Assembly: GCA_964016885.1 (NCBI GenBank)
Contig: OZ024749.1
Coordinates: 39,494,001-39,558,000 of the forward strand
Origin: Eledone cirrhosa
Lineage: Eukaryota
DNA: 64,000 bases
Reading direction: 5' to 3'
Positions 25,847-38,122 of this stretch are shown here, piece after piece (position 1 is the stretch's first letter; every line of letters begins with the position of its first letter). The position numbers and the translations under genes are program-made. The notes under the pieces are model-generated. The model was not told the DNA's origin. It was given only the letters and a program-made list of their open reading frames with translations, and ran no database searches.

Positions 25847-26932
25847 GTCATACTTATAAATGAAATATGGGTTGACATCAAGGTCATCCAGAAATAGAAA
25901 AGTTGTCTGACAAAATCTCCTCCAACCTATACGAGTATTGAAAAGCAGATGTAAAATTTATAATGAAAATTGTAGTTATGTGTATATATCATCATTTATA
26001 ACTGCTTTCCATGCAGTTGGATGGGTGTTACTGTTTGAGTCAGTACATAGTTGGATATTGCCTCCTTTGAGGGTTATGTCTTACTTCTATGTTCCATTTT
26101 TATTTTTAGCATTGATTCTATGGCTGGATGTCCTCCCTAACACCAACCACTATACGCAGTGTATTGTGGGTGTATTTTATCATGGCACCGACATTAGAGA
26201 GGTGGCCACATCCTTGACAAGACTAAAGAGTCCTGTTTAACCTACATTACTTCCATCTCATTGCCAGCCATTTTACAAAGTGTAGTATGTGCACTTTATT
26301 ATAGCACAACAGGTCGATACGCAATAAATATTTTTCATATGTAAACGAAACTTCCTCGTTTTTTCTATTATATGTATATATATATGCATAAACACACATA
26401 TATGTATGAGTATATATATATCTACTCTCACACACAAAATGGCTGACTAACTACATGTTTTCCTCCTCAGAAAAATGTTTTTTTTTCATTTCTTTCTTTT
26501 CTTACTCTATCTTTCCATTTCTTCTTTCTCCCATTCTATCTTCTAATGAAAGACTAACATCTGAAACTAATATATAGCATTATTGCACTGTATTGTTTTC
26601 CCTGGTTGTTTTGCTTGGTTGAAGTTTCACATATATATATAGTTCTTTATTAAAAAAGGCAAACACAGAGAACAATTATTAAACAAAGTCTTATTTGTTT
26701 CACATTGGAAGGTTAAGGAAAGAATGTCTTAACTCTTTATATATATATATATATAGATAGAGAGAGAGAGTGTGTGTGTGTGTGTCTGCGTTTCTGGGAC
26801 CAGGAAGACCACAAATAAGAAGTACTCGGTACATGGGATGGTGCAGAGTGGGTATATTAGTTTGGCTAATTACTTCTTCAGAAGAGGTAACTAGCCAAAA
26901 CTGATGAGTTCGCTGCCAATCCACTACTTTCA

Positions 26933-26982
<50 letters not shown>

Positions 26983-26983
<1 letters not shown>

Positions 26984-28277
26984 GAGGGGGGATCAAAAAG
27001 TTCGCGGAATTTTATCGTAGTAAGAAAAAAATAGGTTAAAACAATATTAAACATGTCACAACATTGTCATTGGGCGTTTACCTTGCTATTAGTCACTTGC
27101 AGTCAGTCATGCGTGGACTATTGTACAGTACTGACACTCTTTAAAAAAAAACTCTTTTTGGAACAATGGAAAATAGTTATTTTGAGATAAGGTCGAATAT
27201 CAAGTTTCTGGTGAAACTCAAATGGAAAGGGACACAGATTATGGAGGCTTTAGTTAAAGTTTACAGTACTACTGCTCCAAAGAAAACTGCTGTCTACAAG
27301 TGGATTCATCGATTCAAACAAGGGAGAGACGACCTTGAAGACAACCATCGCAGTGGAAGACTAGGAACATCAAAAAATGACCAAACGTTGAGGCTGCTCA
27401 GACTTTAATTGAAGAAGATCGAAGAATAACAGTTAATCAGTTAGCTAAGTCCCTAGACATTTCATATGGTTCGGCAAATTCAATTCTGCACGATAATTTG
27501 GGACTAAGCAAGCTTTCAGTGCGATGGGTCCCAAAAGCGTTGCGCCCTGAACAGCTGATCTGTCTTTGGCGATATTAAACAAAATTGAAGTTGATGAAGA
27601 GCATTTCCTGACCAGAATCATCACCGGAGATGAAACCTGGATCTACCAGTATGATCCTGAATCCAAACAGCAGTCAAAACAGTGGCTTCCACATGGATCA
27701 TCGGGGCCAATCAAGTTTAAATCTCAAAAGTCGGATAAAAAAGTGATGGCCACCATTTTCTGGGATTCAGATGGGGTGATACTAATAGATTATCTTGAAG
27801 GTCAAAGAACTGTGACAAGAGCTTACTATGCAAATGTTTTAAGGAAACTGAAAGAGGCATTAGTCAAGAAACGAAAAGGGAAACTTCATGGTGGGATCTT
27901 GTTTGACAATGCACCAGCGCATTCTACGCGGGTTGCAAAAGAAGTTCTTCGAGAATTTCGATGGGAAGTGCTTCCTCACCCGCCTTATAATCCAGATTTA
28001 GCCCCCATCAGACTTTTTCCTCTTTCCAAAACTCAAAGAAATGCTAAAAGGAACCTGTTTTAGTGGTGTTGAAGAAGCTAAAAACACTGCCAACACATGG
28101 CTTCGAACAAGGCCTTCAACTTTCTTTAGAGACGGCTGACGGAGTTGGAAGCATCGCTTTGTGAAGTGTATTGACCTGGATGGCAACTATGTAGAAAAAT
28201 AAATTGAAGGTAAATCATATTTAAAAAAAAATAGATTATTTTCTGAAAAATTCCGCGAACTTTTTGATCCCCTCTCG
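26983..28277 (+). mobile_element. Full-length mariner (DD34D) transposon, transposase inactivated by frameshifts
   Basis: ~30-bp TIRs cgag.ggggatcaaaaagttcgcggaatttt with one mismatch, TA flanks, 1295 bp. Pseudo-ORF 27166-28202 contains WVP, ITGDETW, DNAPAH and HPPYNPDLAP motifs. Confidence 0.95.
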
Positions 28278-29266
28278 TATGTGTGTTATAGCATTATGGA
28301 ATATGAAATGCAAATTGATTTTAGGAAGATACTAGAATGCAAATAAAGCTATAGATATTAAGGTAACAATCCCAGAAAGAAAGGGGAAAAAGTAGGAATC
28401 TGAACGTTGCAATGGAAATATGTAATAGTTCCATATATTTAGAGTAAAATGGTCATTGATGAAGTAAATAAATCAAAGACTAGGTGTAAACAGGAATTGT
28501 GTATCCATTTGGTTTGAGTTTTTATGTATATGAAGCAGCGAATTGGCAAGTTGTTAGGATGTTAGATAGAATACTTTGTAGTGTTTGTGCCAATGCTCTG
28601 CACTTTTTGAGTTCAAATCTTGCCAAGGTCAATTTTTTCTTTCACCCTTTTGATGTTGATAAAAAAAAGTACCAGTCCAGTATTGAGGTCAATTCTTTCT
28701 CACTTCCTCTTTATCACTCTCTCTCCTGCTCTGGAAGATATTCCCTGTGTTCAGATATAGAGAGGAGCTAGGCTCCAAAATATCTAAAATGCCCCAAGAC
28801 ATGGTGTATGCCACTACACCACCCTTACACTTCCATCAGGTGTTGTGGGTCCATATATAGATATATTCATACATACACACACATGTATATATACACACAT
28901 GCACACACATATATGTATATATCTATAAACCTTCCCATGCACACAGACTCAAACATACATCTAGTAGGCACCTCTTAGCCACTATACCTCCCATCCACAC
29001 CTGTCCATACTACCCTTACACTGTAAACAAAACATATTCAGCCCACACTGTAAAGTGGTTGTGTAGGTATCACAACAAAAAGCACCCAGCACACACTGTA
29101 AATGTGGTTGGCATTAAGAAGGGCATCCAGCTGTAGAAATCTAGCCAGAAATAGTTTTATGAGTAAGACACGGTCACCTGACCCAACCTGCCTCAAATGG
29201 GACAATCCGTCTAACCCATGCTAGCATGGAAAATGGGCGTTAAACGATGATGATGATGATAGATAT

Positions 29267-29605
29267 ATCATCATCATCATTTCATTTTACGTCCGCTTTT
29301 TCCCTGCTTGCAGGGGTGGGACGGGAACTGATTCTGGCTTGATTTCTACAGCTGGATGCCCTTCCTAACACCAACCCCATTTACAGTGAGTGCTGGGTGC
29401 TTTTTTGCCGTGGCACCTCCACGACCTCTTTGCAGTGGAATGATAGGGACCCCAGTCCCTATCATCTCATTTCTACAGCTGAGTAAACTGGAGCATTGTG
29501 AAATAAAGTGTCTTGCTCAAGGAAACAACACATCACCCGGTTCAAGAATTGAACTCACAACCTTTCGATTGCAAGCCCAATGCTCTAACCACTAAGCCAT
29601 GTGCC

Positions 29606-29609
<4 letters not shown>
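29267..29609 (-). mobile_element. SINE family B, full length
   Basis: Same consensus as 13938-15132; other copies at 41906-42250(+), 51707-52048(+), 54731-54950(-, truncated), 60718-61160(+). Confidence 0.88.
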
Positions 29610-29664
<55 letters not shown>

Positions 29665-30359
29665 TTCAAAATGTATCTGCTCATCGAACAGATGCAAGTC
29701 TGGAAATAGACTTAAAGTAGTATTGATGGTGATCTCACACACACACACTCACATATTTATATAGCTATATATGTATATGTGTGAGTATATATTTATATGC
29801 GTTCAATAACTATAAATAGTGGAAATATTGTTAACGATTTCTTGTGTTTGTGAGATTGTTTATGTTTCCATTATAAGAAGAGAAGAGATTAAAGATATAT
29901 TTATATTTTGAAGAAATAAATATCTCTCCTAATGAACCAATTTTATAAATAAGGCCAGTCAGCATTGTATGTAAGAGACTGTGAAAATATGTTCTAATCT
30001 TATAATTTATGGTTGTATTGATTGGTGAGATCACATATTAAGTCAAGTTTGACACCATTCTTGCTACTAGTGGTCATGTTCATTAAAACTCTGTTTACTT
30101 AATGATTGGGAAGGCATGTGGCTTAGTGGTTAGGGTGTTTGGTTAATGATTGTGAGAGCTTGAGTTTGATTCTTGGTAGCACGTTGTGTCCTTGAGCAAG
30201 AGTTTTTATTTTACATTGTTTCAGTCCATTCAGCTGGAGAATAAATGAGTTGTCCCGGTAATTCAAAGAGTCCGTCTTGTCACACACTGTGTCACGTTGA
30301 ATTTTCCTGAGGACTACATTAAATGTACATGTGTCTGTGGAATGCTCAGCCACTTACAC

Positions 30360-30820
30360 GTCAGTTACACAATTAGGCTGTCCCATTGGTCGAACAAATG
30401 CTGATCTGGCTGGATCCCCAAGCGAGACCAGCCAAGCTCATGGATGTTATCCAACCATCTTGCCTGGGGGTCTACCTTTGGGTCTCCCGTTGGTTGGTTT
30501 TGCCTGTAAAATCTGTCCAGCGATTCTTTCCTGAGACATTCTAACCACATGCTCATAATATCGGAGCTGTGATCTCTCAATTCGGAGAAGTAGCAGCTCT
30601 ATTTGGAGTGACTCTTTGATCTCTGAGCTATGCACTCTATCGAGTAACGTTACTTCTAATACCTCATTTCAGCCGCTTGTATTCGCGATCATATTCTTTT
30701 GGTCATTACCCAAGATTCATGACCATAAGTAAGGGTTGGCACAAATACTGAATTGAAGACAGCGAGTTTTGTTTTTATACCTACCTCCTTTTTTCCGATT
30801 ATCGAATGCTGAATGGCACA
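30360..30820 (-). mobile_element. RTE-type LINE fragment, decayed
   Basis: LLLRIERSQLRYYEHVVRM...KPTNGRPKGRP; upstream LAVFNSVFVPTLTYGHESWVMT. Confidence 0.8.
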
Positions 30821-31299
30821 TTACTGCACCAACTTAACAAAGGTTCTTAGATTAAATTATGATGACAGGTTTTTAGATAATTATAAACATTTTAGAATGT
30901 TGAATAATTGCTCTCTCTTATTCCAGTTTCACTTCAAATGGACAGAAATACAGAAATAATTTGCTGTGTGTATTCCAGTTTTAGAATACATACACTATTC
31001 TTGTGTGCCGTAAGAGACAACTAAAATAGTTGGCACCAGAAGAAGCATCTGACTGTAAAAGAATGTGTCAAAACGATCTGTTCAATTCATGCGATTATGG
31101 AAAAGTAATGTAAAAATGATGGTGATTGAGAATGACTTCCAAATCAATAACACTTTAACCCTTTTTAAATGTGGCAACATTTTGATAAACTATTGTTACT
31201 TGACATCAAGACTGTTTAATCATCAATTTTCAGCCTCTCAGTAAATTGTTTTACTGGTTTCAGGCATTAGACTGTGGCCAAGCTGGGGCACTTCCTTAA

Positions 31300-31520
31300 C
31301 CCTTTAGCATTTACGTCACTCTATATTTACTATTGTATTTTCACGGTTAACACTTTATCTTGCATAATTATCTTGCATAATATTGAATCTACAAGATTTT
31401 GATATTATTTATTTTGAAAACAATACCTTAACATAAGTATGAGCAGCTGGTTATGACTGATTTGGACGGAAAGAGGTGAGAGAATTCTGGCCGGATATGG
31501 CCAGTTTAAATGTTAAAGGG
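31300..31520. mobile_element. piggyBac-type MITE (TTAA TSD, CCCTTTAGCATTTA TIR)
   Basis: ttaa|ccctttagcattta ... taaatgttaaaggg|ttaa. Related copies: 50685-50889, 53262-53436, 63170-63388; partial copies near 2580-2790, 44925-45113, 52305-52510, 53690-53821. Confidence 0.75.
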
Positions 31521-31989
31521 TTAAAGGGATTTAGTCAATCTTATCAATACCAGTACTTTATTTTTTCAAGCCTAGCACTTATTTTATCAATCTTTTTTGT
31601 TGAACTACTAAGTTATGAGACAAATACACATTTATGAACACACAGATACATACATAGTTATAACTACTACATTGTCTTACGTGATTCTGCTAAGCTCAAA
31701 GTGCCTGGCTGACAACAGGTGTCACCTATTTAAAGTTGAATGGTATTCAATGGTAAAAATACTTCCTCTAAAAATGTGCAGATGTGTAAATTTCAAAACA
31801 AAATAACTGTCTTCTAACCATTATGAAAAAGTGAATTTATATCATAAATAAGGAAAAAAAATTATAGCTCACACCTATGTAAATTTAGCTGACTTCCTAT
31901 GAGCATTTCATAAGAGGTTTCTTGGGTGTTTTATTGACGGGGACCCCAGTCCTGTCGTGTTACTACAGCTCACTCAACCAGTGAATCTG

Positions 31990-33045
31990 CCTCAAGAGCC
32001 ATTACTAACCAATGAGTCTACACTGAACCAGCTCTAACTAATGTGTCTACACTATGAGCCAGCTCTAATCAGTGAGTCTATACTATGAGCCAGCTTTATC
32101 CAATGTGTCTATACTATGAGCCATCTCTAATCAACGGGTCTATACTATGAGCTATCCCTAACCAATGAGTCTATACTATGAGCCATCTCTAACCAATGGG
32201 TCTATACTATGAGCCATCTCTAATCAACGGGTCTATACTATGAGCCATCTCTAACCAACAAGTCTATACTATGAGCCATCTCTAACCAACGAGTCTATAC
32301 TATGAGCCATCTCTAACCAATGGGTCTATACTATGAGCCATCTCTAACCAACGAGTCTATACTATGAGCCATCTCTAACCAACAAGTCTATACTATGACC
32401 CATCTCTAACCAACGAGTCTATACTATGAGCCATCTCTAACCAATGGGTCTATACTATGAGCCATCTCTAACCAATGGGTCTATACTATGAGCCATCTCT
32501 AACCAATGGGTCTATACTATGAGCCAGCTCTAACCAACAAGTCTATACTATGAGCCATCTCTAACCAATGGGTCTATACTATGAGCCATCTCTAACCAAC
32601 AAGTCTATACTATGACCCATCTCTAACCAACGAGTCTATACTATGAGCCATCTCTAACCAACGAGTCTATACTATGAGCCATCTCTAACCAACATGTCTA
32701 TACTATGAGCCATCTCTAACCAACAAGTCTATACTATGACCCATCTCTAACCAACGAGTCTATACTATGAGCCATCTCTAACCAATGGGTCTATACTATG
32801 AGCCAGCTCTAACCAACGAGTCTATACTATGAGCCAGCTCTAACCAACGAGTCTATACTATGAGCCATCTCTAACCAACAAGTCTATACTATGAGCCATC
32901 TCTAACCAATGGGTCTATACTATGAGCCATCTCTAACCAACGAGTCTATACTATGAGCCATCTCTAACCAATGGGTCTATACTATGAGCCATCTCTAACC
33001 AACAAGTCTATACTATGAGCCAGCTCTAACCAATGCGTCTACACT
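31990..33045. repeat. 31-bp minisatellite (~33 units)
   Basis: ctatactatgagccatctctaaccaatgggt and variants. Confidence 0.97.
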
Positions 33046-33379
33046 ACAACTGAAGAGACAAGTCTCATACATGTTTCTCATCAGAAATTTCTCAAGTGTT
33101 TTATTTAAATTTTTAGATTGATCATGTCATGCAACACTTTTTACTTTCCCTAATACTGACAGGTTATCACAATGTCACTTATATTGTCGTGTCAATTAGT
33201 TTGAAGTGTCTACTTTAACTTTGGATTAAGTAATAACAAGATTTCTAAATTGCTACTTGACAATGTTTTGATAGATAAGCTAATTAGAAATTAATCATTT
33301 TCTTGTAACCCTTTTGGGTACCAAATTAACTGGAACTGACCTTGGATCTATGATACTAAACTCTTTATTTTACTTTTAC

Positions 33380-33765
33380 TTTTTCATACTTGTTTTGGTT
33401 GGGTAGGTTTTTTTCCAACACAGCATCTTTCCAATCAACTCGGTCCTTTGTCATCTTCTCTGTGAGATTATGATATGAGACCAGCTCTGACAACCCCTGC
33501 TCAGGTCTTCTTTGGTTTCCTTCTACCACAGCTCCCTTCCACTGGGATTTCATTTGGCACTTCTTCATCCAATGTTCATCCGTTATACACATCACTTGTC
33601 CATACCAGTGCAGTCTTCTCTCCTGCGTGTTACATCTGATTCCTCTTATATCCAGCCTCTCTCTTAGCTCATCTATGCTTCGCCTTTCATGTACATTAAC
33701 GTTGGACATCCATCGAACCATGCTTGCTTCATTTTTCTTCAGTCTTCACATATCTTCTGCAATCA
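33380..33765 (-). mobile_element. RTE LINE 3' fragment
   Basis: MVRWMSNVNV...LRERLDIRGIRCNTQERRLHWYGQV. Confidence 0.85.
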
Positions 33766-33849
33766 CTTTATATTTATCTAAAAAACCTTCCATCGTGATT
33801 TTATGTAAAAACCTTTGTTAATCTATGTTGCAAATATCAATTTGATAAT

Positions 33850-34085
33850 TAGAAGTGTCAATAACAGTAAATGCCTTTATATTGCTTTTCTTAACCTGGT
33901 CTGCAGAGATGACCTTTTCAAGGTTCTTCTGAAAATCAGTTGTCCCCTGAAACTGCAGAGCATGATAGTCCCTTCACATCAGCTTGAAGGGGACAGTACA
34001 GTTCAATGGTAATTTCTCTAGGCCCTTCAACATCTACAACAGTGTCAAACAAGGTTGCATCTTCACTTCTGCACTCTTCAGAATC
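33850..34085 (+). mobile_element. RTE (BovB-like) reverse transcriptase fragment
   Basis: LYIAF..LVCRDDLFKVLLKISCPLKLQSMI, GTVQFNG, VKQGC motifs. Confidence 0.7.
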
Positions 34086-34159
34086 TATAAAATATGATTC
34101 AAAGGACAGTTGTCCAACATCTTAATTGTTTAAATCTCTTACTTCTATATTTAACTAAT

Positions 34160-35492
34160 TAGGGAAAGAGTCAAATTAGATGAGATGCAGTTCAGTTTTT
34201 GCCAGGGAGAAGCACCACAGATGCCCTCTTTTTAGTACAACTAAAAGACAAGTTCTTAGCTAAGAGTAAGCCTCTATATCTAGCTTTTGTTGATCTAGAG
34301 AAAACCTTTCACGGAGTACCCCAATCGGTCATCTCGTGGTCCTTAAGGAAACTAAGTATAGAATAGCTTGTAAGAGAAGTACAAGCCATATACAGAGGAG
34401 CTGTAAGTAAAGTGAGTTTAGTGAAGAATTCAAGGTACAGGTAGGAGTGCATCAGATTTCAGTTCTTAACAGGAGTTTTAGACTGGTTGCCTATGGAAAC
34501 TTCTGTATGCCAATGATCTGGTCCTCGTAGCTGAATCTGTGGAAGAACTAGAGAATACACTCTGGCTGTGGAAACAGAACTTAGAATTAAAAGTGCTTAG
34601 AACAAATTTAGCAAAAACCAAAATGTTAATAAGAAGGAAAGAAGATAGGGCACCAATCTCATCAGGGAAGTGGCTTTGCTCGAAATGTAGAAAAGGAGTA
34701 AACATAAACTCTATATGATATATACAATGCAAATCTTGGGTATACAACAGGTGTAGTGGGATAACAGGTAGACTAATAGGAAAGTAAACTTTGTGTATAG
34801 TAGATGTTCATGGTCAATTGATAGTAAGAGTGCCAATAATAAAATAAATAATATAAACCTTCTCCAATCCCAGGAAGCTTCCATAGAAGTGATTGATAGC
34901 TTCTGCTACCTAGGTTATATAATTAACAGTGGAGGAGGGTGCTCGGCAAACATAGAAGCTAGAATAAGGACAGGATGGAAGAAGTTTAGAGAACTGCTAT
35001 GCTTGCTAACAACAAAAGGTTCCTCCCTGCAGATGAAAGGTCAGCTCTATGATACCTGTGTGTGAAGTGCCATGCTGCATGGTAGTGAGATATGGGCAAT
35101 GACCACAGAGGACATTCGGAGGCTGGAGAGAAGTGAGGCAAGCATGCTTCAATAGATGAGCTATGTTAATGTACAGGAATGACAAAGCATAGATGAACTG
35201 AGGGAGAACTTGGGTAAAAGAGGAATAATAAGTAGTGTGCATTAGAGGAGACTGCATTGGTATAGACATGTGATGCATATGAATGAGGATCACTGGGTGA
35301 AGAAGTGCCAAGTAATCCCAGTAGAGGAAGACCAAAGAATACCTGGATGGAAGTGGGGAGAGCTAATCTCAGATCGCTAAAGCTTACAGAGGATATGACA
35401 AAGGAACATAAGTGGAGAGATGCTGTACGGAGAGGGGCTTGTCCAACCCATGCAAGCATAGAACAATGAACGTAAAATGATGATGATGGTGA
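34160..35492 (+). mobile_element. 5'-truncated RTE LINE (RT domain to tail), decayed
   Basis: PLYLAFVDLEKTF, LPWKLLYANDLVL, DSFCYLG, RIRTGWKKFRELL, MLHGSEIW; tail aacccatgcaagcat...cgtaaaatgatgatg. Confidence 0.9.
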
Positions 35493-35547
35493 TTTAAATG
35501 TTTTCATACTTTATCGTTATTTTCTCTATTTTATATTTTTTTAGGCT

Positions 35548-35699
35548 ATGAATTTCACAATGTCTTTCACAACAACCACAGCTGACAGTCGCTTTATTCC
35601 ACTGGTTGAAGCTAATAAGACAGCCACTTTTGAAAATGATACCATTGATGTGTATCGGAAGGGATGCTTTGGAGAGTTCAATACAGTGGCTTGTATACG
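35548..35699 (+). CDS. 7TM gene coding exon 1 (MNFTMSF...KGCFGEFNTVACIR)
   Basis: Acceptor tttttag at 35544, ATG at 35548, donor CG|gtaagt; sequons NFT, NKT, NDT. Confidence 0.85.
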
Positions 35700-38062
35700 G
35701 TAAGTACCAGGGTTAAGAGACTATGGGTCTTGGTTTAGAGAACATTTGGGGCCCCCAGTATCTACTCACAAGAAACAATGAAAAAAAAAGTACATGTTTG
35801 TAGGACCTATATACACAACAATACTGAGCTTCAGCATCAATCCATGCTGACCTCTAAAACAAAGATGACACCTAAAGACTATTTTTCATTACAATTATAA
35901 CATTCTGACTTTTTTGACAAAAAAATGTTGTTTCCTAACTATATTTTGATATATATATATATAAAACGGGACGGGTGGAGTGGAGTTGGTGATTTCTGAA
36001 CTTATGAGGGCAAGGAACATAAGTGGAGAGATGCTGTACTGAGAGGGGCTTGTCCAACCCACTTAGTTCATATGTAAAGCCTGTGCTGTGTGTGAGACAG
36101 TTCATGAAAATATTGTAAAATAAACCCTTTACAGTTCAAATGAACCCTTTGTATTTCCACTAGTTTATGTAAAACCTGTAAAAATGTTTCTTCTTTCAGA
36201 AATGGTGTGTTAGGTGCCCTTGCCTCCATTACTGCTCTATTGTGTTTATTGAAAATCTTGCGACTGCATTGGGTGCACCATACAACTTGGCACCAGTATG
36301 TCATCTTTTATGGAGCATTCGCTGAGTGTGTTATTGGGTAAGTGGACATTTTCATTCCATATTTACAATTCTCAAACTCATTTCTTTCTTTTTTTCCTTT
36401 TGTTTTTGATATATATATAAAATGGACATTAAACAGTGATATATATATATAACTGTTTAACATTTATTTTTCCATGTTAGCATGGGTTAGACAAGTTGTC
36501 CTGTTGTGAGATAAGCCAGTTTAGATGACCATGTTGTGCTCATACAGAATTGATTTTGGCTTGGTTTCTATGGCTAGATGCCCTTCCTAACCAACCACAT
36601 TTACATATATATATATTAAATGTCTGTTTATGAGAACCTGCTCATTTAGCTTACAACTTGTTAATGCAATAACACAACAGGAACCAACAGATGATGTAAG
36701 AAGTTACCTTAATTGTTCTGACACCAATTGATCTTAGTTGATCTGCTGAACAACACAGCATTTCATTTGAAATCAGCTGTCAGTAATTGTCACAACTAAA
36801 AACTATAACAGAACAGCCAATATTAACGCAGATATTTGAATCTTAACTTTTTCAAGTTATATCACTTATCTAAGGGTGTAGTTGCTCCCCTCTCTTTCTT
36901 CTTCCCCCTTTTTTCATTATTTCTACCCAGCCATTTTTCTCTCTCTTCTTATTTATTTTAACTGACTTTATAAAAAAAAACACTTTCATCTTTGTATACT
37001 TCTGTTCAACAATAAATTTATCTCTTTGAAATTCTATTTTTCAGGTCTGTACATTGGGTAATGGGACGCCTTCTACAATTAGATTTTGTGCTTCAGTATC
37101 TCCAGTTAGTTCAGTTTCTTGTTCTATGTCACTGGTACTGGGCCTTAGCTAGTCGTGCTCTACGGAAAGAAACACTTTTAAGAAGGTAAGTAATGTTTCG
37201 CACTTTATTCTTTCTAATCTAAATGTAGTCAGGATTTTTTGGGAGGTGGGGAAAATGGTACAACGTAAATTAGATATATGAGACAAGAACAAGGTAAAGT
37301 AAAGTAAGAAAAGAATTTACACAGAAACCCACAAAATATAACAACATAATGTCTTCTTGTTATATTTTATATGAAGCATTGTGAGATATGTAGTTACGAT
37401 TGTTTGGAAGGGAAGCTGGTAAAATGCAAAATAGTTATAGTTTATATGAAGCATTGTGAAATATGTGGGTATGAATGTTTTGGAGGAAAGCCAGTACAAT
37501 GTAAATTAGAAGTACAGGAATGTAAACTAGAGTAAAGTAAGAAAAACAAAACAGAATAACAGTTTACACTTTTATTATATATTTCCTGATATTTCAAAGT
37601 TAGGACCTCCTTTTTAAAAGAAAGGGAATGGAGTATGTGTGTGTTAATGACAAATGGTATTCAACTGTGTAGAAATTGGGTCAAAGAATTAGTGATATTC
37701 ACACACTGGTGTAGTCACAATAGCAAATCAGCTTCAAGTAACTCATATCTGTTTATGATTGGTCTCATTCGAAGGATGAGAATAGCCTCTATAGCAGTTT
37801 ATTTTGCTAAACTATGCCCTGAAAGGTCAAATTACTAACATACAGTGGGCTTTTCAGTCTACTGGCTTTTCAAAACTCTGTGTATGTATAAAGTGGACAT
37901 TAAACAATGTTGATATATATATATATATATATATATGTGTGAATGAAGTAATTCCGTTGGAAAAGTCCAGGAAAAAAGAGTGCTCTATGTAGGTAACAGA
38001 GCTTAATAGTTATGTAATAAACAACATAAGGCAATTATTCCATTTACCAGTTGTTTATTACA

Positions 38063-38122
<60 letters not shown>

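Noticed and set aside
31990-33045. 31-bp array as a repetitive coding exon
   Set aside because: Period is not a multiple of 3 and units contain stops
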